From an uncultured Nitrososphaerales archaeon (lineage in GTDB: Archaea; Thermoproteota; Nitrososphaeria; Nitrososphaerales; Nitrososphaeraceae), in contig CAVPXM010000013.1 in the NCBI GenBank assembly GCA_963709405.1, forward strand, positions 1 through 64,000: DNA of 64,000 nucleotides. The letters are read 5' to 3'. Positions 12,104 through 24,104 of this stretch are shown here, in pieces; position 1 is the first letter of the stretch, and every line of letters begins with the position of its first letter. Position numbers and translations under genes: made by a program. The notes under the pieces are model-generated. The model did no database searches. It was given only the letters and a program-made list of their open reading frames with translations, and was not told the DNA's origin.

Positions 12104-12910
12104 CTAACCTACTTTAGATTTTAGAAAATCCAACTTTACAGCAGTTCTATGCAATATTGTATCATATTTGCCTGATTTTTGTATGTAGACATACAGAGCA
12201 ATATCATTTCCATGACTTGCACCAGTTTGTTTAATTATATTGCTATCGGCGGCATGATATCCCAAGGTACTGAAATGTTTATCAAAATAGGCCTTGTCTC
12301 CTGCTGGAACTACAAACAATCCTGCAGTGGGCATAGTTGAATTGGTTGATCCATTATCAGGAGCACTTTGCGAGTTCACAACAGTTATCGTTCCGGGAGT
12401 TGAAGTAGGAGATATGGGGTCTGAAAATGTGTACGTTCCTATCGTATCAAAAGTAAACTCTGTACCATTTTTGTATGGAATAGTCTGATTAGAAAACACG
12501 GATTGGCCACTCTTGTCCTTAACTGTCACACCGTGATTTGCTGATGGATCTCCATTAACCCAGATTACCTTTGTACCTTGAACTATAGTTGTATCAAGAG
12601 GAAGAAAGGTCTGATCTACGAGTTTCTTGTTCGGAACCAAAATGACTAAATTTTTAACATCAGCATCAGTCTTTATGCTATTCGTTTCAGAAATGGTCTT
12701 TGCATTAAATCCAGGAGCTGCTATTCCACCTGCCTGTCCAGCTGTTGTACCAGTGGTCGGTTTTTCTGGCTGCGTCCCCGGGAATATCGTAACCTGTGCA
12801 TTAGCTGATTGGAAAATAAACGATCCTGACTTTGCACCTATTCCTACCATAACAAGCAGAATAGTTAAGGAAAGTGTAGTTACAGCTATCGTAGTTGCTA
12901 TCAATTTCAT
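12104..12910 (-). CDS. Secreted cupredoxin-fold protein with degenerate type-1 Cu site
   Basis: Signal/TM helix; FLP..TTIVQGTKVIWVNGD..NHGVT...FTFDTIGTYTF plastocyanin-like strands; no Cys. Confidence 0.75.
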   Translation of the reverse strand: MKLIATTIAVTTLSLTILLVMVGIGAKSGSFIFQSANAQVTIFPGTQPEKPTTGTTAGQAGGIAAPGFNAKTISETNSIKTDADVKNLVILVPNKKLVDQTFLPLDTTIVQGTKVIWVNGDPSANHGVTVKDKSGQSVFSNQTIPYKNGTEFTFDTIGTYTFSDPISPTSTPGTITVVNSQSAPDNGSTNSTMPTAGLFVVPAGDKAYFDKHFSTLGYHAADSNIIKQTGASHGNDIALYVYIQKSGKYDTILHRTAVKLDFLKSKVG

Positions 12911-14286
12911 AACAACGTGTCTTATTTTTCTGATATTTAAATTGAATTGTGTTTGTAGTTTTTGACCCCTGAATCATATTGATATAATACACTTAATATC
13001 AAATGGTTATTATCTCGTTATAGATTACACCATAATATGGTTGATAATAGTGATGATATGAATATTTTGTGAAGATTCTGTAGTAATTTTAGTATATGAT
13101 CTCAAATCCTTTTATATGTCAACAAGCATAAAGTCAAAGATGGGCAAGAGTTTCGGCTTATATGTCAATAACCAAAATTTATTTATTAAATTATTAATTG
13201 TCTATTAATATTTGGAATATTTTCCCAGTATTATTTCAAAAGATAGTGAAGTTGATTATTACATATTAGACATAACTTGCAATCTGATAGTCTTCATCTT
13301 TCTCCAATCTTTAAGTCCTGTACGATCTCATATTATTAAAAAGAGATAAAATCTGCAGTTTCACCCCCAACGACAAGTGAGTTTTCTGTCATGAGATACC
13401 TTGAATCATAGTCAAATTACTGTGTATACTGATTGTTTTCAAGAAAAATATCTCAAGCCAAACGACAAGGGGGATCATCACTAAAAAAACGTTGAAACTA
13501 ATAATAAAAGTTTGATTCGGATTATTTATTCAAATTGGTAGAAGTGGACGACGTGGCTTTAGTGAAGGAGAAATATTAATAGTGTTAGTATGATCTGAGG
13601 CTGTAGTTGGAATTATGATCCCACGTGGCAGAGGGTTTAGACATTAACTTGGCATGGAACTGAGGTAGGACGTGGAACAATTTCTATTGGGTGGGACAAT
13701 CTCTAGTCTGGGGGATACAATGAATAAATAAGTGGAAGACTGCCTTTAACTTTGTTACTTTCCAATCTGCTATACCTTTCCTTATTCAATAAGCGAGCTG
13801 AGCACATGATCACGCTAATGACGCATGTCGATCCTGATTCAGAACGATATATTATATTCATGATTTATAGCGAGAACGAAATTTGGGAAATTGAAATGTT
13901 ACGGAGATGAAATTAATTAGGAGCGAGATTAGTATTATGGGTAACTCAATACGATTATCTATTATGATGATAAATTGCTTATTTAAATGATGATCTGGTT
14001 TGTATTATGATTGTGATAATTATATGTAACATTTTCAATTGGTTTAATCTGAATTCATACGAGAATATTTTTTAATAAACAACTTCGTTCGTTTCTTCTC
14101 GATGATAAATGAAAGACAAGAAGAGGAATGATCGTCTCAATAGAGGATGAAAAATGAAAAGGAATAAAAAAACAGGCAATCACATATCCCTCGAACTGGG
14201 TTTTTTACTAGACTAGGTGGTGTGTGTAGTGTCGCATACATATAATTTTTATTAATATGTACATTACGTAGGCTATAGTATAAAGA

Positions 14287-15450
14287 ATGAAATTTGTAAT
14301 AATTGTTATTTTCATAGTAGAAATCACCGCTATGCCGTCAACATTTTACTCTACGTATTTACCAACATTGGCTGATGGTTCTAGGACATCAATTGCCAAT
14401 ATCATTACAAGTAGGAACGATAATTCTCTATATCCTCTATTTAATCAACTGAGCAGATCTGTTGTTCAGGTTGTCAGTATAAATCCGTCAATCACTACTA
14501 ACCCTCAATCTCAAAACACAACAACAACCGAAGTGGCCGCTGGATTTGCCTATGATACGTTGGGTCACATAATTACAGCTAATCACGTATTAGGTGGGGC
14601 AAACGAGGTGAATGTTATCTTTAACAACGGAGACACACATAGTGCCACCGTTATAGGGAGGGACCCTTATGTAGATATAGCGGTACTTCGTGTCGTTGAT
14701 CTATTTGGGAGTTATCGTATTGAAGGAACTAATGAGTCACTTATACCAGTAATATTAGCAAACTCTTCTGCAGTCAAGATAGGAGACTACGTTGCGACCA
14801 TCGGCTATCCGTTTGCATCGAAAATAGCTATGACATCTGGGATAGTGAGCCAGACAGATTATTTATTATCTTTTTCCTCGCTTGGATATTTAGTTCCAGA
14901 TACGATTGAAACCGATGTTGCAATTAATCCTGGTAATTCGGGAAGTCCTTTGATTGACATGAATGGCGAAGTAGTAGGGCTAATCTATGGTAGACTAAAT
15001 CCCACCACGGCGCCTCTAGGACAGTTTTCTGGTCTGAGTGTAGCTATTCCATCAAATGCAATAAAGAAAATTGTGCCATCCCTTATTGGGAATGGAACAT
15101 ACCTTCACCCAGACGCCGGAATCACAGGATCTACTCTTACTGTAGATTTAGCAAAGCATATTCAAAATATTCCAAGTAATTTGAGAGGTGTACTAGTAAA
15201 CTCGATATCGCGAGGAGGAACGGCTGATAGAGCTGGAATAAATCCTACAACTACAGACAAATATGGTGAACGACATTTTGGTGATATAATAACATCTTTG
15301 GATGGACATAAAATTCCTGATATTGAAAGTTTTCTTTCATACATTCAGGAACATAAAAGAGTAGGCGAAAGGATTTCTTTTATTGTTTATAGGGATGGAA
15401 ACTATCTGAATCTGAATGCTACTCTACAACCTGTGAGTCAGATACAGTAA
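14287..15450 (+). CDS. HtrA/DegP-like trypsin protease with PDZ domain
   Basis: TANHV, DIAVL, INPGNSG triad; C-terminal PDZ (GDIITSLDG...VYRDG). Confidence 0.93.
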   Translation: MKFVIIVIFIVEITAMPSTFYSTYLPTLADGSRTSIANIITSRNDNSLYPLFNQLSRSVVQVVSINPSITTNPQSQNTTTTEVAAGFAYDTLGHIITANHVLGGANEVNVIFNNGDTHSATVIGRDPYVDIAVLRVVDLFGSYRIEGTNESLIPVILANSSAVKIGDYVATIGYPFASKIAMTSGIVSQTDYLLSFSSLGYLVPDTIETDVAINPGNSGSPLIDMNGEVVGLIYGRLNPTTAPLGQFSGLSVAIPSNAIKKIVPSLIGNGTYLHPDAGITGSTLTVDLAKHIQNIPSNLRGVLVNSISRGGTADRAGINPTTTDKYGERHFGDIITSLDGHKIPDIESFLSYIQEHKRVGERISFIVYRDGNYLNLNATLQPVSQIQ

Positions 15451-15868
15451 AGTCCAGAATTTTAGAATATCGAATATGAGATATGAATCAATACAATCTA
15501 GTCTTTATTCGACTTTTACTCTGCCAAGTATACATAATCACTAGATCAAAATGACATTAGAATTATCAAGATCGTCAATGGAAAAAGTTATAGTTAGCGA
15601 CTTTGCAATTCAATACACCCTTAATATTGAACCCTTGAGTATGCAAACAATCTACGTTTTATGTCTATCGCCTTCAATCATGATTAGGTCAAAAAACAAA
15701 GGCAATAAATGTATAAGGGATATATAATTCGTATTGGATTAGCTTGTGCAATAAGCAGTTCATTTAGACAGCATTGGATACGCTACGATAGCTCATCGGA
15801 CAGGTTAAAAGTGCAAGAGAAAGACATTGTTTATTATCTATGAATTATTATTATAACATTAAAGAATA

Positions 15869-16174
15869 ATGGAGTCCATTGATATTATGCCTCCTGAAGA
15901 GGTGGCTTTTATAGCATATAATATTGGAGTATACGAATCAGTACAGAAATTTGGAGGATTAATTACTAGCGGAAAAATAACCAATAATATGGATATTGGA
16001 AAAATCGCAGAATTACTGTCAGAATCTAGCACATTTTATGATTCCGAAATGATATCTTCGCTTATGAATGCAATGTTATCTTATACGAAAAATTCAACTA
16101 TTCAGAGAATAACACCCAATCAGGTCAGCTATGTAATGAGTCAACTAAAAGCTTCTGGCATCTCTTTGCCATAA
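15869..16174 (+). CDS. Hypothetical protein
   Basis: Intact 101-aa ORF with protein-like composition. Confidence 0.7.
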   Translation: MESIDIMPPEEVAFIAYNIGVYESVQKFGGLITSGKITNNMDIGKIAELLSESSTFYDSEMISSLMNAMLSYTKNSTIQRITPNQVSYVMSQLKASGISLP

Positions 16175-16261
16175 GTTACATGACTCTGAATATGACATAG
16201 CAAGATGCAGGATCGTTTTGGAATACCATTAAGCATTAAATATATACCACTGATGTGACGA

Positions 16262-16748
16262 GTGTTGTACACACATTCCAAAATGAGATCAAATATGTTA
16301 ATGAGGTACAGAAAGGTCATACTTTTCAATAAAAACTTGCTCCTATCAGGAAGTGTATCATTTCTTGCTGGAGCTCTTACTACCCAAATTTATACATCAT
16401 TTGATAGCAATAACATCTCTAACGCACTAATTACGCTAACCACGGGATATTGTGTTTACATTCCACTCTTTGCCTTTCTTTTTTATAGGGATAATAAATC
16501 AAGATATATTGATCCATTAACAAAAAAAGAAGAATTTTAAGAATATAAGAGAAGATGTAATGAAATTATTTGGGACTTTTACTATGTCTGAAGTCGTTTT
16601 TATAGTAACAAAGTAGTACATTCATTATTTCTTGTTAGAATTAAATCTTCAACCATATCAAGCTCTAACAATAGCAGAATTAACAGCCTGGGCAATATTT
16701 CTTGTTTTAATAAATACAGGTATTAAAATTGTAAAGCTCTTTAAATAA
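16262..16748 (+). pseudogene. Small multi-TM membrane protein, frameshift and stop
   Basis: Hydrophobic ORF continues in another frame after the A run at ~16522. Confidence 0.55.
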
Positions 16749-16946
16749 CATATACTTTTGGAATCAATCCAAGACTTTCTCGACTAGGCTAGAGAAGAGC
16801 AAAGTACATTGATAAGAGAAGGATTACGTGCGTTCAATGTAATACCTGCCAGATATAGACGATGCCACTTTAGGCAATCTTATAATAATCACTAATTAAT
16901 ATGCATAATATGTCTTTAGTATTGAATGAGTATTTGCAAAAAAAGA

Positions 16947-17902
16947 TGATAGACTGCAAAAGAGAAGAATAGCTTCTTTTTTGCCTAGTTCCACTGAAAT
17001 CTTATATGAGCTTGAATTAGGAGATCAAATAGTAGGTGTCACATGAATGTAATTATCCTGAAGATGCTAAGACAAAACCTAGACTAATAAACTCCTCCTT
17101 TGACGCTGCAATCCTACAAAGCAATGAAATTGATAAGAAAATAGTAGAATTGATGAAAACCGATCAAGATACATATGTAATAGATGACGAAAAGCTAAGA
17201 AAAGCAAAACCTGATCTCATTATTGCTCAAGCTATTTGTGAAGTTTGTGCGCCATTTGCTAAAGAAATAGACCGTACTGCTACTATATTAGGATATAAAC
17301 CAGATGTTCTAGTTCTTGATCCTCATGACCTTGACGATATTTTACAAACCATTATAAACATTGCAGAAAAAGTAAACAAAGTCAAAGAAGGTCATAGAAT
17401 GGTAGCATCATTACAAAAAAGGATTGATAATATAGTGACCAGAGTCTCTGACAGAGCGGATAATGCCACAAACAACCTACCAAAGATAAAAGTGATATGT
17501 ATAGAATGGATCGATCCTTTTTATATTGCAGGTCATTGGATTCCTCAAATGGTAACTATTGCTGGAGGCATAAACGGTGTAAGCTCTCGTGGAAAGTCAT
17601 CACGTCGCATGTCCATGGATGAAATCAAGCAATTTGAGCCAGATAAAATAATTCTTATGCCTTGTGGATTTGATTTGAATAGAACTTTGCGAGAAGCAAG
17701 AATTTTAGATAAGAATGATAAATGGAAATCACTACAAGCGGTTCAGAATAATGAAGTCTATGTGGTTAATGCTAATTCCTATTTTAGCAAGCCCGGACCT
17801 AGGACAATATTTGGATTAGAAATATTGGCAAAAATACTTCATCCGAAGATTTTTGAAGATCTTGATGTACCTTTAAATTCATTTACTAAAATAGCATACT
17901 AA
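16947..17902 (+). pseudogene. BtuF/cobalamin-type substrate-binding protein, N-terminal frameshifts
   Basis: RIASFLPSSTEILYEL...IVGV[fs]HECNYP; IEWIDP..AGHWIP; YFSKPGPR. Confidence 0.85.
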
Positions 17903-18022
17903 AGATTTGTAATCGGATTAGATTAGATCAATATTCAATCAAAGGATTGTGGATGCACAGCACATGGCTAATGAATAAAGAAATTGGCCACAATATGACT
18001 CAACTAGCCAATTAAATCAAAC

Positions 18023-18367
18023 TCATTCAATTTCGCCTAGTATGGAATCTAGATCAGTTCTATCAAGACCTACTCCACGTTTAGCGTCTCTTCTTGATAC
18101 AATTTCGCCTCTGTCATTAAAGGCTATTATGGTGGGAACAGCATTTATAGAAAATCTGTCCCATAACGGATTATCATCATCATTTACCTTAGACCCATAC
18201 ATTTTGTATTCCTTTGAAACAGATTTATTATGATCTTGCTTTGCAACTGATTCGAAGATTGGTTTGAATTTCTGACAGAAAGGACACCAGTCTGCGTAAA
18301 ACATCACAAGCGCCTTTTCATGTGAAGACAACAATTTGTCGAATTGGGACGGTTCAAGATGTTTCAT
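18023..18367 (-). CDS. Thioredoxin-family protein
   Basis: FYADWCPFC; AVPT cis-Pro loop. Confidence 0.92.
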   Translation of the reverse strand: MKHLEPSQFDKLLSSHEKALVMFYADWCPFCQKFKPIFESVAKQDHNKSVSKEYKMYGSKVNDDDNPLWDRFSINAVPTIIAFNDRGEIVSRRDAKRGVGLDRTDLDSILGEIE

Positions 18368-19957
18368 ATATTAGATGTATAAATGAATCATAATATGTAA
18401 CGATTGCTAATTTGCAATCTAGATCAAACATTTGGGTTATGTATCACTAGGTCCTACTACTGTATTGTTATCTTTCACTCAATAATTTGCTCGGATTTAA
18501 ACATCGTTAGAATGTCTCTAATCTCATTACAACTATATAATAGACTCGATGTGTGTACGAAAATTCTAGTTTTTAAATATTGAAGGTTAACGACCAGCAA
18601 ATGAATTTTCAAAATCCTGATTTTAGATTATCGATTTTTATTTCTGGAAAACATTAGAATAAGATTAACTATACAGAGTAGAAATAATAAGATTCATCTA
18701 TGATAACTCAATGGACTGCGCCAAGCAATAAAGTTCAGATATCGTGAGAAAAACTAGATTCATATTTTCTCAATTGGTCCAAAAGATATGGCCTACTCTA
18801 AAAGAGGGAGATTTTAGGAGTTTTCATATTTTTGTAATATTCCAAGGATGATAAACTTTGTTTGTCTCGTGTCGTCATCAATAGATGTGTAAATGAATCT
18901 AATCTTCCATTGTCGCACACACCTGATATGAAAATGCTTATCAATTTGATACCCTTACTATGTTCTCTGCTAAAATCAAGCTAGCGGCGACGAATGACTA
19001 CGACAGCACATACAACTAAAATATAACCGTGCGATGATCCGGATAACCAGAATAATTCTGGCGACAGAAACAATAACAATAGTCCGACACGTGAACTATC
19101 AGGAGAGTCCTTGATAACTTGTAACACAAGCCTGATTAATCATGTCTGTAAAGATCAAGATCAACAGCAATTGCCGCTAGAGCAACAATCAAAACCTGAT
19201 GATAATGCCTATTTCATTCTGAGCAAGAAAAATGTAGACCTGACCAAATAACTGTTAAATGTCCAACAGGATTTTCGATGAACGTATACGGGCACTGCTT
19301 TCCTGATACGTCATGTCTACAGCGATTTGAAAAACATGATGATGAAACTGGCGCTTGTTATCCAATCATCCATTACACAAATTCATCTTCACCTGAATAA
19401 ATAAAACTACCAAAGGACCGATAGGAAGGATTTGTGAGTTCGAGCAAGAATGAGGCATATCTACTTAACTCACACATCTCGAAAAATCAGTGAATTTTTG
19501 TCATGAAAAACTTGGACTAGACATAGGCTTGAACTACAAGTCAATGGGGATTGCTTGCCTTTTCTTCAGATAGGCTATCAACATTACATGAGCATGAATA
19601 CTTGGCAGGTTTGTATGGCAAAGTCAGTTGTGATGTTGAGAACAGACTACGAAACTTTACCATAATTATATCTGGTAAAATATCGGTTAATACAATAAGG
19701 CTCAGTATTCTAACTATGTAAGTAATTTATGATTCTGTACCTCATAACAAGTGAATATTCATAAAAATCAGCTTCTTGTTTCCGATTCAGGTGGCATACA
19801 GAGTCCGATTAAAGTTGTTTATCATCATCAGATGATGGCGTGTTAGATTTTGTCTTGTTTTTATAGCCTACTGCCTAATCTCATAATATCTGTATGGATG
19901 GTATCAATAAGATTACATGTTTTTATATCTCTATCACACTTCTATAAGTAGATCAAA

Positions 19958-20464
19958 GTGTCAAACATTTCAAGTGCTGAGATGGGTCCTCCTACTAATC
20001 TAATTCTAGCCAGTTGGACAGACAGATTCATTGCTTGGCTAATAGATTTTATTATTGTATCGATAGGTCTTGCAATACTATTCGCTGCATTATCCTTCCC
20101 GTATTGGTTTGATAATAACATGGTTAGGGCATACAAGAGCATAGAGCCCTTACATTACCTTATATCGAGTATTATATTTCTTGCATACTGGACTTATTTT
20201 GAATTCAAAACTGGACAATCCCTTGGTAAAAGGCTATTGCATTTAAGGACAACGGATCTATCCGGTAAGCTAATAGATATAAAGACGGCTGCAATAGAAA
20301 GCTTTGGTAAATCATTTTTACTTCCTTTCGATGTAGCCTTAGGATGGATATTTACCAACAAAAGAAGACAGAGGATATTTAGTAGAATAAGCAATACGAT
20401 TGTAATTAAGCTTAAAGAAGATGATTATGGTGTATCTAATAATGTTAAATATCTGAAGGATTAG
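19958..20464 (+). CDS. RDD-family membrane protein
   Basis: RFIAWLID...GQSLGKRLL...RQRI. Confidence 0.88.
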   Translation: MSNISSAEMGPPTNLILASWTDRFIAWLIDFIIVSIGLAILFAALSFPYWFDNNMVRAYKSIEPLHYLISSIIFLAYWTYFEFKTGQSLGKRLLHLRTTDLSGKLIDIKTAAIESFGKSFLLPFDVALGWIFTNKRRQRIFSRISNTIVIKLKEDDYGVSNNVKYLKD

Positions 20465-20515
20465 AATTTCACATTCAATGTCAATACCAAAATAGACCAA
20501 AGTATACCTTTTTCA

Positions 20516-21531
20516 GCTCTGTTGCATGAATCATTTTATCATTCGTACATTATCTATATCTCTACATCCCGATAGCAAACATGTTATACAGTGATGCTTT
20601 TAGCAACATCTCTTTGGCCATATTCTGAAACTTTCTTGCAGTTACATACTCGCCAAACGTTCTTTTGATAGACGAGAATACCGTTTCTGCCATCCACCTT
20701 TGTCCATAGCTCACGCTATGTTTCCATCTTTTGAGATTTGTTTGTTGTCTCATTACAGACCTATTCCTTGCTTGACAGTTGCCTGTCTTGACCTTGGAAT
20801 TACTTCTTGTCTTTATACCAGGTTTAATATGGTTCTTGGATAGATATCTAAAATTCTTATTACTGTCATACATACCATCTGCTAACGCACCCTTTACATT
20901 GTTATTTGCAGAAGCATTATCAATCAACTTCTTTAGCATCTTGCCATCGTGTACTTCTTCACTAGTAACCTCCAAAGAAATAATCTTCTTATTCTTGATG
21001 TTTACTGCTACATGTATTTTCAGATAACCTCTTCTTACGTGCCATTTATGTCGTATCCATTCACCTCTATTAGCAACTTTGATTCCTGTACTATCTAATG
21101 CTATAATGATGTCATCATCATTACCTACCTCATGTCGTTCGCTGATTCTGATATCCTGGTTATTAATACGTCTGTTAATTGTACTGTAGTTTGGAATAGA
21201 TGGTATCTTCTTATTACCAGCATGAGCTATGACTACGCCTTCTGCTTGGCGGTATGGCAGATGAAAATATACCCTCATGTAACCTAGTAATTGGATAAAC
21301 GAATCTGGATAGTGGTACTGTCCACCCCTCTTTCCATCATTCATTAAGTCCAACTCACTATACCAACTATCTATGACATCAAAATCTAGAATAACTTCAC
21401 CTCGCCTAACTAGCGATTTGTTATAAAAAGACCAGTTAATCATGTCCAACAATAATCTCATTACATGTTAGCTAAATCTCAATTGGTCAACAAACTCATA
21501 CCTATATGATAATGATTTTGTGCAACAAAGC
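20516..21531 (-). mobile_element. IS5-family (IS903-like) element, intact 299-aa transposase 20562-21461
   Basis: NWSFYNKSLVRRG, PNYSTINRR, DSTGIKV..GEW, ADGMYD, RWMAETVFS; IRs GCTCTGTTGCAT / GTGCAACAAAGC; no target duplication seen. Confidence 0.92.
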
Positions 21532-21875
21532 AAATCGTACCATAAAATATTTTTTGTTGCTTCATTTGTTTCCTCAGTTTTCTAAATAAGGCAGAAAAAT
21601 ATGATGTTATAATTGCTTTAATAGTTCTTAATTTCATTCTTTTCTTGACATCCTTTTTTGAATACATAGTAAGAATAAGCTGATAATCGGTCAATATTTT
21701 TGAAATTTGATTCCTCGTCTAACTCTTAACATGATGATAACTGCTATTGAATATGAGAATCACGAAAACAGAAACAAGTCCTCTAGTATAGCAAAGAATT
21801 AGAAAGACAGAATGCTTTATTTGCATCTAAATTGAAGCAAATAATTAGAAAATATATAGGTCGCTATGAATATTC

Positions 21876-22649
21876 CTATAATAGATCAAACCAAACCAAA
21901 CCAAACCAAAAATGGTCTTTATTTACCAACAATAAAAACAATGTCGACATTTTGTGATATCGTCTGCTCACCCGCGATGATTGGTGTTGGAGGAGTTGAG
22001 CCATAGCTTTCGTAGCAAATACTTGCTGTGGTAGTGGAGATGCTGTAAATTCTAAAAGTTTAATGGATTTCACTCCAATTATTTTTAATCCTAATGCTGA
22101 AGCTGCAATGTTAGCTTTCTCTACGGCGCTATCAATCGCAGGCTCGATCAAGGAATTCTTAATTTGTTCTAACTTCTTATCAGAAAGGGTAAAATCTATA
22201 CTGTTAATGTTGTTGGCTCCTGCGGCTATTGCAGTATCGATCCAATTTGATGTTGCATTAATGTTGAAGCTTTCTATTGTGATAGAATTTCTTGCTGTAA
22301 ATCCAGTCAGATCTCCTCTACTTGATTGTGAGTAGTTGTAATTTGGTGAAATATCAAATAAGGATGTGCTTGTCTCATTTTCTTTGACTCCTGCTGTTTT
22401 TAATGCCGCAAGGGTTTTATTCATTGACTTTGAATTGGAAGATAATGCAGCATCTGCAGTTTTATTTGTAGTCTCGACACCTAATGAGAGTGTAACCTTG
22501 TCAGGTTTTATTTTTATCATGGATGCTCCAGAAGCAGATGATGTATTATTAAAATCACGATTAGATAGTATTATAGTGTGATTATTTTGCGAAGACTGGG
22601 CGTTTAATGAATTAATTGAAGAGAGACAAGCGATAGAGACTATTGTCAA
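21876..22649 (-). CDS. SIMPL/DUF541 secreted protein, C-terminal frameshift likely
   Basis: IKPDKVTLSLGVET...ISPNY...GFTARNSI...AGANNINSIDFTLSD. Confidence 0.85.
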   Translation of the reverse strand: MTIVSIACLSSINSLNAQSSQNNHTIILSNRDFNNTSSASGASMIKIKPDKVTLSLGVETTNKTADAALSSNSKSMNKTLAALKTAGVKENETSTSLFDISPNYNYSQSSRGDLTGFTARNSITIESFNINATSNWIDTAIAAGANNINSIDFTLSDKKLEQIKNSLIEPAIDSAVEKANIAASALGLKIIGVKSIKLLEFTASPLPQQVFATKAMAQLLQHQSSRVSRRYHKMSTLFLLLVNKDHFWFGLVWFDLL

Positions 22650-23058
22650 AATTGATATAGTAAGAAGGATTCTTGTACATTTCTTATATTTCGTTTATAC
22701 TATATTATATTTGTATTATTACGTATACAATTCTAACTTATATGCGGGGTGGAACATAAAATCGAGATTCAGTATATCAAAACGAACTTTACCGGCTCAA
22801 CCATAACAAATAGGAGAGATCGACATAATAATTAGAATCGACTGTTCTTATTAATCACTAGATAGTAACATAAATGAAGTTACCACAGTCTAAGTCGTGA
22901 ATACTCCAAAATTCGTAGTTTATTATAAGAAATGTTATGATTGTAATAATTAATTATATTCATGCGATGAATGCACGTGTAACTGGGACGATTATTTACC
23001 ATGATCATAAAACCTGCATATAACAATTATTATTTTATTTACCGTCAACTAATGATTT

Positions 23059-23434
23059 ATGAAAAAAATGCGTACCATTCATAACAAAATAAGATTAGAA
23101 CACATAACTTCCTTTGTAGATACGGTTTTTGCCTTCGCAATAACATTTATGACTTTCAATTCAAATTCCAGATTTGCCTCATAATCTTACGGAACAGCAA
23201 GTTGATAACAATCTAATCCAATTAATCCACCAATTTGAGATTTATATAATCAGTTTCATCGTAATCGGTATTCACTGGGTTAAGTATCATGTTATTTTTA
23301 ATCGAATCCAAGATTCGTATTCGATGCTGATTTGCCTAAATCTTTTATCTTTATTCTTTATTACACTTATTTCATTTGTCACTTCAGGTGAGATGAATTA
23401 CGGCCTTTATCGTACTGTCTTACTTAGGTTGTAA
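23059..23434 (+). pseudogene. TMEM175/DUF1211 K+ channel homolog, frameshifted and truncated
   Basis: RLEHITSFVDTVFAFAIT, YIISFIVIGIHWVKYH, LNLLSLFFITL. Confidence 0.75.
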
Positions 23435-23693
23435 TCCCACTATACTATACTAATGAATTGATAATCTAAAAATATTTTCAGAATACAAAGTTGACTTACT
23501 AACAATTGGGTCAGATTTAGAGTTTATATGTGTATGGCCATTGTACGAGGATAATAATATCCTGACTCATCAGTAATGAAATCGGGAATACATTCTTATC
23601 AAAACACAGAGTTCATGACGACTGGATGGAAGCTTATCATTTCCTTATAGATTGTGGTTGTGGCATCTTTACATCCGTAAACAACTAAAGCTG

Positions 23694-23804
23694 CTACTTT
23701 CCTTCCTTCCTAATTATGATGTTAGAATCTTTAACATCCAGCAACATACTGTCACCAACCTTTAATCTTAAATCCCTTATGACGTGGGAAGGGATGGCAA
23801 TCAT
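23694..23804 (-). pseudogene. AbrB/MazE-like DNA-binding domain, C-terminal half
   Basis: Manual translation MIAIPSHVIRDLRLKVGDSMLLDVKDSNIIIRKEGK*. Confidence 0.65.
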
Positions 23805-23805
23805 A

Positions 23806-24104
23806 ATACAAGGAAATTGGTTCTTCTAGAAGATAAATTCCCTGCATCATTCTCATACTCGTTACTTTTTTGATGCTAATGTCAAGTGCTTTTTCAATCA
23901 GCTTTTTGATTATCTTTCTATCTTCTACGTCGGAAGTCTTTAGTAGTCTTTTGACATGCTCTGAGAACTTGTGTGCTTCCTCTTCTTCCAATTCTGAGGG
24001 AAAGAAAACTAGGTTTCTTCCATCAGTTACAATAAGTTTTCCATTACTTCTGTAGGAAGAGGTTGTGTTCTCTGTTACCGCCTCTATTATTTCTATACTC
24101 TCTG
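23806..24104 (-). repeat. 299-bp inverted near-identical copy of 48275-48573 (internal piece of the 582-aa gene)
   Basis: Direct comparison: same length, three mismatches noticed; ORF 23752-23991 repeats EEEEAHKFSEHVKRLL... Confidence 0.95.

Noticed and set aside
13000-14280. 1.3-kb ORF-poor stretch upstream of the HtrA-like gene
   Set aside because: No repeats, structure or recognisable protein remnant could be supported
18400-19900. 1.5-kb ORF-poor stretch as a possible ncRNA locus
   Set aside because: AT-rich, no convincing stems; short Cys-rich peptide traces suggest decayed secreted-protein genes
21887-21910. (CAAAC)4 microsatellite
   Set aside because: Short and at a gene's 3' flank; no sign of a phase-variation role
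23806-24104. DGR template/variable repeat pair with 48275-48573
   Set aside because: Only about three mismatches, not an adenine-specific pattern, internal to the gene, and no reverse transcriptase in the window
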